Assembly (NCBI GenBank): GCA_964016885.1 | Contig: OZ024741.1 | Span: forward strand, 95,418,001-95,482,000 | Length of the DNA stretch: 64,000 nucleotides | From: Eledone cirrhosa | Taxonomy: Eukaryota | Reading direction: 5' to 3' | Shown here: positions 1-12,987 of the stretch, in pieces | Position numbering within the stretch: the first letter of the stretch is position 1 | How the letters are laid out: each line of letters opens with the position of its first letter | Made by a program: the position numbers and the translations under genes | Notes under the pieces: model-generated | Told to the model about the DNA's origin: nothing | Databases searched by the model: none | The model's input: only the letters and a program-made list of their open reading frames with translations

Positions 1-240
1 ATGAAAGGCAAAGCTAACCTCGGTATGATTTGAACTGAAAACATAAAGAGCCGTAACTATATGCCACTAAGCATGTTGTCCGGTGGTCTTCCAATACTGC
101 CAATCCACTGCTGTTTAAATCTGAAATATTAATAATTGTTTCTACTTTTGGCACAAGGCCAGCAATTATCCCAGTGCATTACTGGTACTTTATTTTTTAG
201 ACCCTATAAGGATGAAAGGCAAAGTTAACCCCGGCGGCAT
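1..240 (-). mobile_element. Two partial copies of tRNA-derived SINE family A
   Basis: Reverse complement of the family A body (GAGTTCAAATCCCGCCGAGGTTAACTTTGCCTTTCATCC...GTACCAGTAATGCACTGGG...GTAGAAACAATT), which recurs more than 15 times in the window. Confidence 0.8.
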
Positions 241-2130
241 TAGTGGTGTGCTCATGCATGGAGATGTTTTTTTAAAAAATAGAGTGAAGACCCTTAGAGA
301 CGAAAAAAGAAGTTGCCATAGGTTCGATTCCTTGTAGTGACCAATGAGAACTTCCTTTTCCATTTCAAAGAGTCTTCACCTTATTTAAAAAAATCTATTT
401 TATAGCATCTCCACACACACCAGTCTTTATATTAACATTATCCCATCAGCACTTCATAAAAGTCTCATAGATCGGCTATGTAAATACAATATTAATAATA
501 ATTATTATTAAAATTTTCTAAATGTTAAAGCCATTTATGGAACAGCCTACAGCACCACCATGTATAATCACAATACCACCCACCAACATTGTTCTATTAC
601 CCTCCCCCTCTTCCTCCCTTACTACTACTACTACTCTCATTTTCCTCCTCCTTTGATTTCAGTTATTGAACTTTTCCAAACACTGTACCTCAGCTCAGCA
701 AAAAAAAAACAAAAAAAAACAGAAAAAAGACATTCTCTTTCTCATGTATTATTCCTCCCCACCTCTCTTTTCTCTATTTTAGCATTTCCACCTCTACTTA
801 TTTATCCAATCTCCTTTTCTCCTACCTGTCATCTCTCTCTCTCTCTCCTCTATTCCAATCTTTCAATTTCTACTTAACCCAGTCCCTCTTCCTTCTTCCT
901 GCTCTCTCTCTGTCTCTCCCCTCACTCCTTCCATTTTGCCCATTCCTTGACCCAAACATTTGAATGCATCCCATTTTTCCTCTTCACTCTTTTCTCCACT
1001 TCCCTTTTCTGTCCCCACCCCATCTCTCTCTCACACACACACACACACATTTTCTTTTTTCCCATCATTTCTTCACCCTTCACTCACCTGTAACCATTGC
1101 TGTCACCTGTGAGACTGAAACATTTTTTTTAGTTATCTTAGAGAAAGACAACAACAATAAAACAATCTTCTACCTTATCAACAACATCAGCAACAAAACA
1201 GTCTACTTTATCAATAAAACTAACAAAAACTGAAAAAACAGCACTCCTTTCAAAATAATGTGGAATGGTAGAACATTCCTTACCTACTTCCTCCCCATGA
1301 AGCTAGGACAGACACACACACCCACACAAACACACAAACAAGTATACACACACATCACTCCTACAAATATTCCTCTTTATTTTTTATTGCTTTATTGTTG
1401 TTATTTTTATTACTATTATTTTTGGTATTATTATTATTTGAGTCCATAGTGAAGATCCCCCCCACCCCTCCTTTTGGGTGGGAAGGGTAGGCAGTTTTCC
1501 TCCTCCAGCTGGTGGGCCTTAGCAAAAGAGGTTGTTTGGTGGATCAGGTTCAAAGGACTGAGGACAGCAACTTTTCTCTTCCACCAAGGCCAATCCCTGA
1601 TCAACTTGGAAAGGAAGGTGAGGGTGGAGAGAGAAGTGCCCCCCACCCACCCCCGTACATTTGCTGAAAAGTAGGAGTATATGGCAAGAATGGCCCATGT
1701 TCATCGGGATTTGAACTCAGAATGTAAAATGACATAACTATATGTTTTTGTGTAATAAACATCAACATAGTCTTGCTGTAAGTATTTTAAGGCAGTGATA
1801 TGATATTATTTATTAATTAACACTAGTATGTGTAAGGTAATAAGCAGGCCAAAAAAAAGCAGAGAGAATTAAAAGTTAAATAATGAAAGGAGAGGAGAGG
1901 GCAAACACTACACTCTTGACTGAGCTGTATATATCAGCTGCACCCCACAGACAAGATGGTGAAATCATTGCTGTAGAGAACAACCAGCAATGCACACTAC
2001 ATCAGCCATTCCACCTCACATGACTTTTTTCTTCGGCAAGATAAACTGCATCTGACTTTGTGGAAAAAAATGTCAGTAATATATGTAACTATATATTACT
2101 TTAATTACATTACTGATATCATTGATATCA

Positions 2131-2347
2131 TTAACCCTTTTAGCATTTACATTACTCTATATATACTATTGATTTTTCACGGTAAAGGCTTTATCTTACA
2201 TAATATTGAATCTATGAGATTTTGATGTTATTCATTTTGAGAACAATACCTTAACATCGGTGTGAGTGACCAGTTAAGGCCAGTTTTAACAGAAAGAGGT
2301 GAGAGAGTTCTGTTCGGATACGGCCGGTTTAAATGCTAAAGGGTTAA
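2131..2347 (+). mobile_element. TTAA-flanked piggyBac-like MITE, family B
   Basis: TTAA at both ends; TIRs CCCTTT(T)AGCATTTA...TAAATGCTAAAGGG; about 200 bp; 9 copies in window. Confidence 0.85.
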
Positions 2348-3339
2348 CTTGTTTGTGGCCAAATATCTAACAAGAATATATTACCTTTCTGTTTTGACTA
2401 TCAAAGTAATCAAGAATTATGAAAGATTTTGTGGATGAATTAACTTTCAACTTATTGGTTTTTAATTTACATAATATAAGACATTTTTACCTCCTGAAAT
2501 CTAATATTATTTAGCATGTCATAAAGAGATTTCAGTCCAAGGTTTGAATTTAAATTGGTTGGGGTTTAAAGGGTTAACGAAAGGTGTTTTGTTGGTAAAA
2601 AAAACAACAGAAAAGGTAGAAATATTAGAATGTGACATAAATATGTATGTTCTGAGTCCAAAAGAACTGGAATCAACTTTGCCTTTCACCCACCCCAGGT
2701 ATAAAATAGATATCAGATATATGTCGAGTAGGTAGGAATTGTGGTCGTTCTATATATTATACCCTCACTCTTCAAAATTGTGGCCTTGTGCTGCTAATGT
2801 GAGTAATTAGTATCATATTCAACATTATTTGTTTTTAGTTGATGTAATCTTGCTTCTGTTTTAATGTCAAGAGCTACCAGAAAAGAGAGACTGTGGACCA
2901 AATTATTTATCTCTGATTTGAAAAATAAATAAATTTTAATCCTTATCAGTTTCCTTGTGAGAATGCTCCCCACACCCACACCCACATCCATCAGTTAATT
3001 CTATTACTTTTACAGCAGTCATGACTATGTGGTTATATCAATATCATCATCATCATCATCATGGATTGGCAACATTGTTAGAGATTTGGATGTGATGCTT
3101 TGCAATATTTGCTCCAGCTTCTTGTGTTTTGAGTTCCATTTTTACTGAGGCCTACTTTGTTAGTTGACTTAAATCTGTTGCATGATTTAATACCACCATC
3201 TGCTCATTGGGTGGCTTCCACTAAGTTGTAAGCATGTGGGTCAGATTGTTAGTTTGAGAATACCTTCAACCTTACTTCACTCCAACCAGTCTCTGAGGCC
3301 CTGAAAAGGGTTATAGGCATTGTGAGCCCCCTAAAAAGA

Positions 3340-3615
3340 GCCATGGGCATTGCTCTTTCCTCCATTACTATTGATCAACAAGTTCCCAGAATTCATTTGC
3401 TTACCAAGTGGGGTGGAACTCGTCAAATTGAACCATGGAAACAATGTTTCCATTGGTCTTTCCATTGCTGATACTACCTACCAGTCACAACTCCAGGCAG
3501 AAAGAGCAATGTGAAATAAAGTATCTTGCTACAGGACATAACACATTGCCCGGTCTGGGAATTGATCTCAAAACCTCATGATTGTGAATCCAATTCTCTA
3601 ACCTCTAAGCCACTA
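3340..3615 (-). mobile_element. SINE family D variant (tRNA head plus CORE-like domain)
   Basis: Reverse complement matches the family D head; body homologous to 54420-54680. Confidence 0.65.
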
Positions 3616-3699
3616 AATAGTAAAAAGAAAAAAGTTATCCTGCTTGCCACATTAACCTTTCTGATGTCAAACCTCCTGAAACTTTCCAAACTGTTTAGT

Positions 3700-4248
3700 T
3701 TGAAGTGTATGTATTTAAGGTCATGGGTTCAATTCCTGTTGTGTTCTTGAACAATATACTTTATTTCATGATACTCCAGTTCAATAAACTGATAAAAATG
3801 GAGTTCCAGCATTAGCTGGGAGTTAAAGGTAGCCCCCTCAACAGACAGGCATTAGGGTTTTTCTGTATGATTGAATTCATTCTATACCCCAAATGCAAGC
3901 TATGGATACACAATGGATGTAGTGGGATTGCAGGCAGGCTATCAAAGAATGAAGGTTTTATAGGTAGCTGATGCACAGGTGCAGTAAATAGCAAGAGCCC
4001 ACATAAAAAGCTCCCAGTCCACACTGTAAAGTATTCACGTAGGCGTCACAACAACAAGCAAGCAGACCCCACTGTAAATGTGTTTGGCATTAGGAAGGGC
4101 AACCAAGCCAGAGCCAGTTCTGTATGAACAAAATACGGTCACCTGACCCGACTTGCCTCAAATGGGACAAAATACGGTCACCTGACCCGACTTGCCTCAA
4201 ACCCGTGCTAGTGTGGAAAATAGATGTTAAACCATGAGGATGATGATG
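3700..4248 (+). mobile_element. Diverged long SINE D-type element with (GAT)n tail
   Basis: GGGTTCAATTCC B-box, CORE-like CTTGAACAA...CTCCAGTT, tail motif TTAGGAAGGGCA, ends GATGATGAT. Confidence 0.5.
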
Positions 4249-4298
4249 GAGTCCCTATCATTAAAACAGCCAAGAAACTTCCTATGAGAAGCAACCTC

Positions 4299-4719
4299 TT
4301 AACCCTTTAGCATTTATATTACTCTATATACACGGAAAAAAAGCACCCAGCACTCACTGTAAATGAGGTTGGTGTTAGGAAGGGCATCCACCTGTAGAAA
4401 TCAAGCCAGAATCAGTTCCTGTATGAGCAAGGCATGGTCAGCCGACTGGACACTGCTCACAACAGGACAACCCGTCTAACCCATGCTAGCATGGAAGAAC
4501 GGGCGTAAAACGGTGATGATGATGATTGCATTGTGGTATCGGTAAAGGCTTTATCTCACATAATATTTCACATAATATCGAATATATGTGATTTTGATAT
4601 TATTTATTTTGAGAACAAAACCTTAACATCAGTATGAGTGGCCAGTTATAGCCGGTTTGAACAGAAAGAGTTGAGAAAACTCTGGCTAGATATAGCCGGT
4701 TTAAATGCTAATGGGTTAA
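4299..4719 (+). mobile_element. MITE family B carrying a nested SINE D 3' fragment (4331-4526)
   Basis: TTAA-CCCTTTAGCATTTA start and TAAATGCTAATGGG-TTAA end; internal 200 bp matches the SINE D tail ending in (GAT)n. Confidence 0.8.
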
Positions 4720-5195
4720 GAGGCCAGCTAAACCTACATTAGTATGAGCACTAACAACAACAGATTAATAATGAAAAAGTTGGTTATGTTATTAAATACT
4801 TCCAAATTCTTCATTGTTTTCAAAATGATATCAAAATAATAAGCAGTGTGTTTTTTATTAAAAATATAGTAGTGAAAGGGTTAAGTGTGTTAGTGTTAAC
4901 TATACTGTTTGTTCTTAGAACCATTGGTGTTCATTTATATAAGTACAAAGAATATACTTTGGGGTTTAATTTAATTCACTCTTCCTTTCTTTTACAAGTT
5001 TTGTGGCCTTGTGCCAATATTTTAGCAATCATTATTGCTGCGAATTGATATTTTCGAACAGATTGTCTAATTCTCATCACAGACTCCATGGCGAAGTGGG
5101 GGATAGGGTAATGGGGGTGGGGGTGAATGGACTCTTTTGATTCTTCACTTCACCACTTTGGTGTGGTTTGTATCAATTACAGAACTTTTTGTTCT

Positions 5196-5404
5196 GATAT
5201 ATGTGTGTGTACATACATACATACATATATAAGATATATATATATATATAAGATATATATATATATATATAAGATATATATATATATAAGATATATATAT
5301 ATATATAAGATATATATATATAAGATATATATATATATATGATATATATATGTGTGTGTGTATATATATATATATAAGATATATATGTGTGTGTGAGTGT
5401 GTGT
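5196..5404. repeat. Compound (TA)n microsatellite punctuated by AAGA
   Basis: Direct reading. Confidence 0.95.
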
Positions 5405-5599
5405 AATTTTTACTTATAGAGAAATTGGAGGAAAAGAACAGAAAAAACCCCAAAACTATGTTCCAAATGTTCCAACTTCCATTACTTTGATCTTTTCATT
5501 GATAAACATCAAACATGGAATATTTAAAGAAATTCTTACTCTGTACAACTCTCAAATGTATAAATTAAACCATTAAAAAAGAATATTAGTATCCCATTT

Positions 5600-5603
<4 letters not shown>

Positions 5604-5642
<39 letters not shown>

Positions 5643-5722
5643 CCTGTGTGGGTGTATGTGAGTTTATATATGTATGTATATAGATATATATGTATGTATA
5701 TAGATATATATGTATGTATATA

Positions 5723-5789
<67 letters not shown>

Positions 5790-5790
5790 A
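5604..5790. repeat. (TA)n/(TG)n microsatellite
   Basis: Direct reading. Confidence 0.95.
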
Positions 5791-5858
5791 TACATACTTG
5801 TGTGTCTATGTACACTACACGCATATGCAAACATACATACACACCACATATGGTGGTC

Positions 5859-6179
5859 TCATATATATACATGTGTACACACACAATACAAACACATTGA
5901 AACACATATGGTGGAAGGGTACGTCACTTCTTTCAGTATGTATTTTACATATATTGGTTTTATATGTTATTATTTCCATGTTTGTACATGCACATACATT
6001 TGTCTGTGTGCATGTGTGTCTATATACATGCATATGCAAACATACATACATACCACATATAATGGCCCTCAACTTTGCCTTTCATCCTTATTGGGTCGAT
6101 AAAATAAAGTATCAGTAATGCACTGGGTAATTGCTGGCCTTGTTCCAAAAGTAGAAACAATTATGATATATATATACAC

Positions 6180-6230
<51 letters not shown>

Positions 6231-6586
6231 ATTGTTTCTACTTTTGGCACAAGGCCAGCAATTACCCAGTACATTACTGGTACTTTATTTTATCGAACCT
6301 GTAAGGATGAAAGGCAAAATTAACCTCGGCGGGATTTGAACTCAGTACGTAAAGGGACGTAACTCTGCTGCAAAGCATATATATATAATGAGATATGTGG
6401 TGTGTATGTATATTTGCATATGCATGTATATAGACACACATGCACACAGACAAATGTATGTGCATGTATAAACATGGAAATAATAGCATATAAAACCAAT
6501 ATATGTAAAATACACACTGAAAGTGACGTACCCTTCCACCATATGTGTTTCAATGTGTTTGTATTGTGTGTGTACACATGTATATA

Positions 6587-6588
<2 letters not shown>
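5859..6588. repeat. Inverted duplication, arms about 5859-6163 and 6229-6588, each including a SINE A fragment
   Basis: CACATATGGTGGAAGGGTACGTCACT at about 5903 has its reverse complement at about 6522; near-identical translations on opposite strands in the ORF track. Confidence 0.9.
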
Positions 6589-6643
<55 letters not shown>

Positions 6644-6859
6644 ATGTGCACACACATCAACACAAGTTCAGTTTATAACAACAGATATACATACATACAC
6701 TGCCCAGCTGCTATCATTGATGAAATGATGCTGAAAGACTTGATCAGTTTGAAATATGTCTGTCCTTAGAAACCAGTTATTGTTGTGTGTTTGTTTGATG
6801 GAGGGAGGACATAGTAAGTACTATAAACATACTAATCAAAGTCCTGTTGCTAGTGTCCA

Positions 6860-7110
6860 TGACTAAGCATCTCTGCTGCTACTGAAGATTGCAAGCTGTT
6901 GAAGTATCAGTTGCTCTTCAATAGGTGTGTTGTTGAACCCGTAGCAATGGAGACTTCTAGTGTTTTGATCCCTTGACCACTTCCCTACTCACTTTTATCA
7001 GAGCAGAGTTAGCCACCTGCAGGAGTGAGCCCAGTGAATGAGAATGGCTATTTCAACTAATTTCCCCCGACACCTTCCAGGGCAGCACTTTCTTCACTCT
7101 CTACTAGGAC
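6860..7110 (+). pseudogene. Decayed CRE-clade non-LTR retrotransposon, restriction-like endonuclease C-terminus
   Basis: Translates AATEDCKLLKYQLLFNRCVVEPVAMETSSVL...EPSE*EWLFQLIS...QGS, matching the AE..K..KY...PVAVET...WLFQ..S....GN pattern; homologous to 33840-34142. Confidence 0.7.
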
Positions 7111-7357
7111 CCTGCATGCCAGAGATCCGGGGCAGTGCTTTCTTTATTCTCTCTACTGGGACCACATAGCAGTCGGCACCACCTGGAATCCTGCATGCTA
7201 GAGATCCTGGACAGCACTTTCTTCATTCTCTCTTACTGGGACCACATAGCAGTCGGCACCTGGAATCCTGCATGCTAGAGATTCTGGACAGCGATTTCTT
7301 CATTCATTCTCTTGGTACCATAAACCGACCAGCATTTGGGCTCCTGCATACCAGAGA
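7077..7357 (+). repeat. About 78-80-bp tandem repeat, ~4 imperfect units
   Basis: Recurring GGACAGCACTTTCTTCATTCTCTCTACTGGGACCACATAGCAGTCGGCACC...CCTGCATGCTAGAGATC. Confidence 0.85.
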
Positions 7358-7944
7358 GTACACCTCCACACTGCCGGGACCTATATCATTAGGGTAGCGC
7401 TCTTTTGGAATTACCACACTATATAACCTTTAATACACCACATATTACTTTTCTGCTACTAGTTTTTCCAGATATCTTTTATTAGAAGTATAGTAATGAA
7501 GACTGTGTTTGTGTGTACGTGTACATGTTTTGACATTCTTGGTAAAATGTATAAATAAAAACTAAATGTATATACACACACACACACATATATAGATACG
7601 CACACACACATCCACAGACCCATATATAGTTACACACACACACATATATATGTATATATGTAGAGAGAAAGAGAGACCAGCATCCACACACTCATATATA
7701 GACACACATACCACCATACACACACACAGATCAGTATGATGTTGATAAATTAATATTTTGAAACCAATAATAACTCAATTATATGTAGTAGACTTTATAT
7801 GTTTATCTGTCTTCCTTCCTTTCATATATATTAATCAAAAACTTTAACATTTCCCCAAAGCTTTTGAATTTTTAAATAACTTTTGAGAATATCCCAGTGT
7901 GGAGTTCCTTCTCAGTAAAACAAATCTGAGTATTATCCTCCGCA

Positions 7945-8210
7945 ATCATCACTACAATTGCAACTGACACTACTACCACAGTCATCACCAATAACACTAC
8001 CACAATCACCATCACCACTATCACCACCATCACAATCACCACTATTACCACCACTATCATCACAATACCTACCACCATTACTACATTCACCACTGTCACC
8101 TGCATCATCATCACCATCATCACAATTACTATCACCCAAACCACCACTGTCACCACCACCATCATCGCAATCACTACTACCACTACCATCACAATCATCA
8201 TCATTACCAT
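7945..8210. repeat. Degenerate (ACC/ATC/ACT)n trinucleotide tract
   Basis: Direct reading. Confidence 0.9.
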
Positions 8211-8571
8211 ACCTGGTTTTCCATACTTACATCAGCTTGAGAAGGCATTTTGAGGTAGTGTTTTGTTTTTTATATGTCCAGATCTCTTTTTTGAAACCAA
8301 CATTTTTAGTTATGATATCAATGTCATTTTCTCTGTAAATTGTGAACACTGTGGAAAAATCTAGGATTGTGTAGGAAGACAACTTGAATTTTGAGTGCTT
8401 TGATGTATTATGTTGGTCAATAACTATAATACCATATCTTCAGTTGGTGCTGTTATTTGGTCAGCCTGAATTGAGTAGGTTACAAAGAGTTTACTGTAGT
8501 TTCAAATTTAGCAACAAGCTCTTAAATATTTGATTTTTTTCACACATAAGTATCATCGTCATTACCATTGT

Positions 8572-8768
8572 TTAACCCTTTAGCTTTTACATTACTCTAT
8601 ATATTTACTATTGTATTTTCAAGGTAAAGGCTTTATCTCACATAATATCGAATCTATGAGATTTTGATATTATTCATTTTGAGAACAATACCTTAACATC
8701 AGTATGAGTAGCTAGAAAGGTGAGAGAATTTTGGCTGGATACAGCCAGTTTAAATGCTAAAGGGTTAA
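8572..8768 (+). mobile_element. MITE family B
   Basis: TTAA ends, TIRs and shared body. Confidence 0.85.
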
Positions 8769-8869
8769 TGTCCTTTTCTCATGCTAGAATAGTTTAGATA
8801 GGGCATCATAGATCAAGCTGGCTGTTAATCAGATTGAGCAGGGGCTGCATCTTGCTTACATTCATTCCG

Positions 8870-9082
8870 TCTTCTTTCTTCTATACATCCGTTACCGGTG
8901 CCATGACAAAGTTCCTCCTCCAGCTCACCCTGTCCATCATTGCCTTCTGAATTTCCCCTGCCACCAACCTGGTGTCATCTTCAAGCACATCCTTCAGTGT
9001 TATGGTTGGTCTCCCAACTTGCCTGCACAGATCAGGTTTCCTAAAAAGAACTCTGCCAGCAGGTTTATTCTGACCTTTCACA
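8870..9082 (-). mobile_element. RTE-clade LINE 3' fragment
   Basis: GRPTITLKDVLEDDTRL...AMMDRVSWR is the RTE C-terminal GRP..T..D...DR..WR motif; (GAA)-type tail. Confidence 0.75.
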
Positions 9083-9959
9083 TGTTTCTACACTTTACAA
9101 AGTGTTTTGGTAGTGATGGATTAAAAAATTATGGTACCTCCCACATACAAAGTCTACAATATAATATTGTATAAAATATTGCCCTTCTTCTCTTGATGCC
9201 CTAAACATGTGCTTATTTTGCTTAATTGTTAATCTGATCCTATGTACTGAGTGCATTTTATCATGGTACCAGCACTGGGGAGGTTATCATGCCCTTAACA
9301 CAACTGAAGAATTCTTTCAACTCTGTGTGTGGCAGGTTTTCTATGGCTAGAGGCCTTTCCTAACACCAATCATTTTACAAAGTGTACTGGGTTCCTGAAC
9401 AAACTTATATGATTTTCCAAAAATCACATAACCCATACCTATATTTTATGATCAATCCCCTACCACCCTAATTTTAAGATATTGAATGAAAGAAACATTT
9501 TTGTAGCATAGCAAGAGAATTTATTCATAAAAAAAAAAAAAATGAATACATTAAATTCTTATTAAAAAATACCTTATCTCATGAAACACTGGAATTTGTT
9601 TGTGGAATCTACTTTGGGAAACTAAAGTCATATTAAATTCAGTACTCATACACCAACTAACTTGTGTAGCATTTGAACCACTAAGGTAGTAATATTTAAC
9701 AGCTGTGAATCTATTAGTCCTTCTTTGTTAAGTGAAAACAACATGTCAATTTGAAAACTAGAATGTGAAGATTAATCATTTCCTATTGATTTTAAATATA
9801 GTTAGGTGAAATTAAAATGACTAATTAATTGTTTCTACTATTTTTATACCAATTAGTATAACCAATTTTTCCCCAAATCAGGTCATATTTTCTGGACACC
9901 ATATATATATATATAGTCCTTTTGTTTTCATTGTTCAACACACACACACACATATATAT

Positions 9960-10890
9960 TCATCATCATCAATGTCTTTTTTCCCTGTTAGCATTGGGTG
10001 TGTTTTATTGTGGCACTGGTACTAGGGTAGTTGTCATATCTTTGACACAACTGAAGAGTTTCCTTGGACCTTTATATGGCAAGTTTTCTACAGCTGGATG
10101 CCTGCCCTTGCATCAACTACCTTACAGGTGCATTTTTTTGTGGCACCAGCATTAGAAGGTTATCATGTAAAAACTGAAGCGTCCTCTTTACCCAGTGCTG
10201 TGTGGGGTCGAGGGTTAATGGGGTAGTGAGGAATAGGATGGGGGAGGTAGGAAAAATGATAAGTATGATATAGGGGTTGATTGAAAAGTATAGTGTCCTG
10301 GGTGTATGACAGGTATGATAAGGCAGAAAGGTGGTGAGGAGTGATAAATATGATGGGCCTATGATAGATGTGCTGGAATTCTACAGGGTGGTGTGAGGAA
10401 GTAGAGGGGGTGATCTTAGATTGTGTGGGCAGTACTGTGATGAATGTAGACAGTTATTAAGGAGTTATAGCTGGTGTGTTAGGATTTCAAATGAGATAGG
10501 GGAGAGGGGAGGTTGGTCTAGGTTAGAGTTGGAGGGTACTGTGGTGATGCATACAGCTACTAAGGAGTTATGGCTAGTGTGTTAGGATTTAGATGTATGG
10601 GGTAGGAGGTAATCTTTATAGTGTTGAAAATAGGTTCTTGGGAGGAGTGGGGGATGATCACATTCTAAAGCCGATAGGCGAGTGAGCCAATCATCACAGA
10701 TCTTTTGTCATCTCCGTAGTGATATTCAGTTTCCTAAAGTCAGCCTTCACTATTTCATCCCATGCCTTCCTAGGTCTACTTCTTCCACAAGTCCCATCCA
10801 TGGAGATTTCCCTGCACTTCTTTATACAGCTGTCATCTTTCATACACATCACATGTCCATATTGCAGTTTTCTCTTTTGCACACTGCATC
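9960..10890 (-). mobile_element. RTE-clade LINE 3' end (ORF end 10690-10890 plus probable 3' UTR and tail)
   Basis: LQYGHVMCMKDDSCIKKCR...GRSRPRKAWDEIVKADF; (GAT)n tail at about 9960; UTR assignment is inferred. Confidence 0.7.
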
Positions 10891-11694
10891 GATTTCCTTT
10901 TGTTTATGCTATGTCATCCATGTACACTGACATTACACCTCTACTGGAGCATGTGTACACACACACACACATTCACATATATGTATGTATGAATTGATGT
11001 AGATTTATAGGTATGGAAATTTACTGATAGATGTAGCAGTGTTATTTATTATATGTCATGTAACTTGGTTGACTGGTCCTCAATTGGGTGAATTAACCAT
11101 TAGGTTGGCAAATACTCAAGTACAAGCTTTTTGTCTTTTGCTCTACCAATTCTCAACCAATTTGTTTGCAACTGGGGCACTGCATTTGATAGAAACTTTG
11201 AGAATGTAACCAGGTTTAGCCTATTTAATTGCTATTATTCTGTAAGTAGGTTTGATACTAAACCACCCTGAATTTATGATAGAAAACTATTTATTTTAAA
11301 ATGTTTATATTTATATTAAATCCTGCCATCATAATTTTATTTTAAGACATCTTTGTTAAGTAATGTTTGAATTATCAGGTTTTTATTTTATTGTTTTCAA
11401 AATTTATTGAAACACATAGGCAATGTATTTCATTAGAAATATGATAATGAAGTGGTTAATAAAATCAATGACAGCCTTTTTTTGTTTTTTTGTTTTTTTT
11501 TTTAATGGTTTAATCAGAAGAAGAGCAGCACCCATGAGCCTTTATAGGACCTCTGAAACTGCTAAAAAGAAACAAGTTATCCTCTGACTAAAGATTTAGT
11601 TCAATGCTTGTGGTACAATAGAGTCCATTAAAGGCACACAATAGCCAAATAGTTGTGCTAAACTGGATGACAGATGAACTTTATCATTACCATA

Positions 11695-11895
11695 TCTTCT
11701 TCTTTGCCCACTTATTCCTGAGAGGGTTGAAGGGGGCAGAGTCCTCAAACACTCCTTCCAGAGGGTCCTGTCAGAAGCAACCATCTCCAACTAATCCGGT
11801 TGGATCCCCAAGCGGGACCAGCCAAGCTCATGGATGTTATCTAACCATCTTGCTCGGGGTCTACCCCTGGGTCTCTTGCTGGTTTCTTACCATAT
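11695..11895 (-). mobile_element. RTE (REX3/Expander-like) LINE 3' fragment
   Basis: EMVASDRTLWKECLRTLPP; homologous to 38760-38978 and 26930-27198. Confidence 0.7.
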
Positions 11896-12326
11896 TTCTA
11901 ATAAAATTAATTAATGAATATTTTAGAAGGATTTACTAAAATTATTAATTATTTCATTATTAAGATACTATTTGTAACAAATGGTTCTTATATTAAATTA
12001 TGTTGGAAGGTTTTTATTTAAACAGGGACCCTTTTAAATGGGTGGTTTTAAAAGGGTTGAGCCAACCACACAACTATTGAACTTTAGCCTGTGTTGAATA
12101 ACATAATCACACATGTTGAAAATAAATTAACCAAACCATTGAGAGAGGATTGGTGTAAGCAAGTTCCAAGATAGTAAACAGAGGCATGTGGAGTAAAGAG
12201 GGACTCAGCCAAGGTTAGGTAGGATACACACAGCTGGGAGTCATGAATCATAAACAACTCTGCTTAGAATCCCTCTTGATGCTGGTCATATATATATATA
12301 TATATATATATATATGACCAGCATCA

Positions 12327-12360
<34 letters not shown>

Positions 12361-12987
12361 TTCGTTTTCCCCCAAAGTATAACAATATATATATGAGAGA
12401 GAGAGAGAGAGAGAAGAGTTGGTAGGCAAGAAAAGGGTGTGAGAGAGATGAGAGGAAGAAAGAAAAACTTCAATTGAAATTTCAAGAAAAGTCTTGGCAA
12501 ACAAAAGATGATAGAGCTGAGTGTTCAAAGTCTAGCTTTTGTTGTAGATAAAACATTACACACACGCATCTCACATCTATACACTAATACATATACATGT
12601 GTGTCTATGTGCACATACATATATACATGTGCTAGCTTTATAAAGGTACTGTATATAGAACACAATAGGTTATGTATGATACACTTTGTGTTATACATAA
12701 ACTTATGTACACACATACACACACACATACTTATGCACTTAAATGTAGACATTGACACATACACATGCATTTCTGTTTATATTTTCAACCTTTTCTCTGT
12801 CTTTCTCACTGTTTCTCTTTTGCACTCCCCCTCTCTCTCTCTCCTCCTTACTCACTAACTCCTCTCTCACTCTCCCCCCATAATCTCCATATAAGATAAT
12901 TAGTATAAAACTGCTGCTGGCTATAGATTAGATCTCTTTATCTGTGGTATACCAACTGATAAATCAATGAGAAGGATATTAGATTTT

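Noticed and set aside
7872-8338. Val/Met-, Asp/Gly- and Ser/Pro-rich ORFs
   Set aside because: Degenerate trinucleotide repeat
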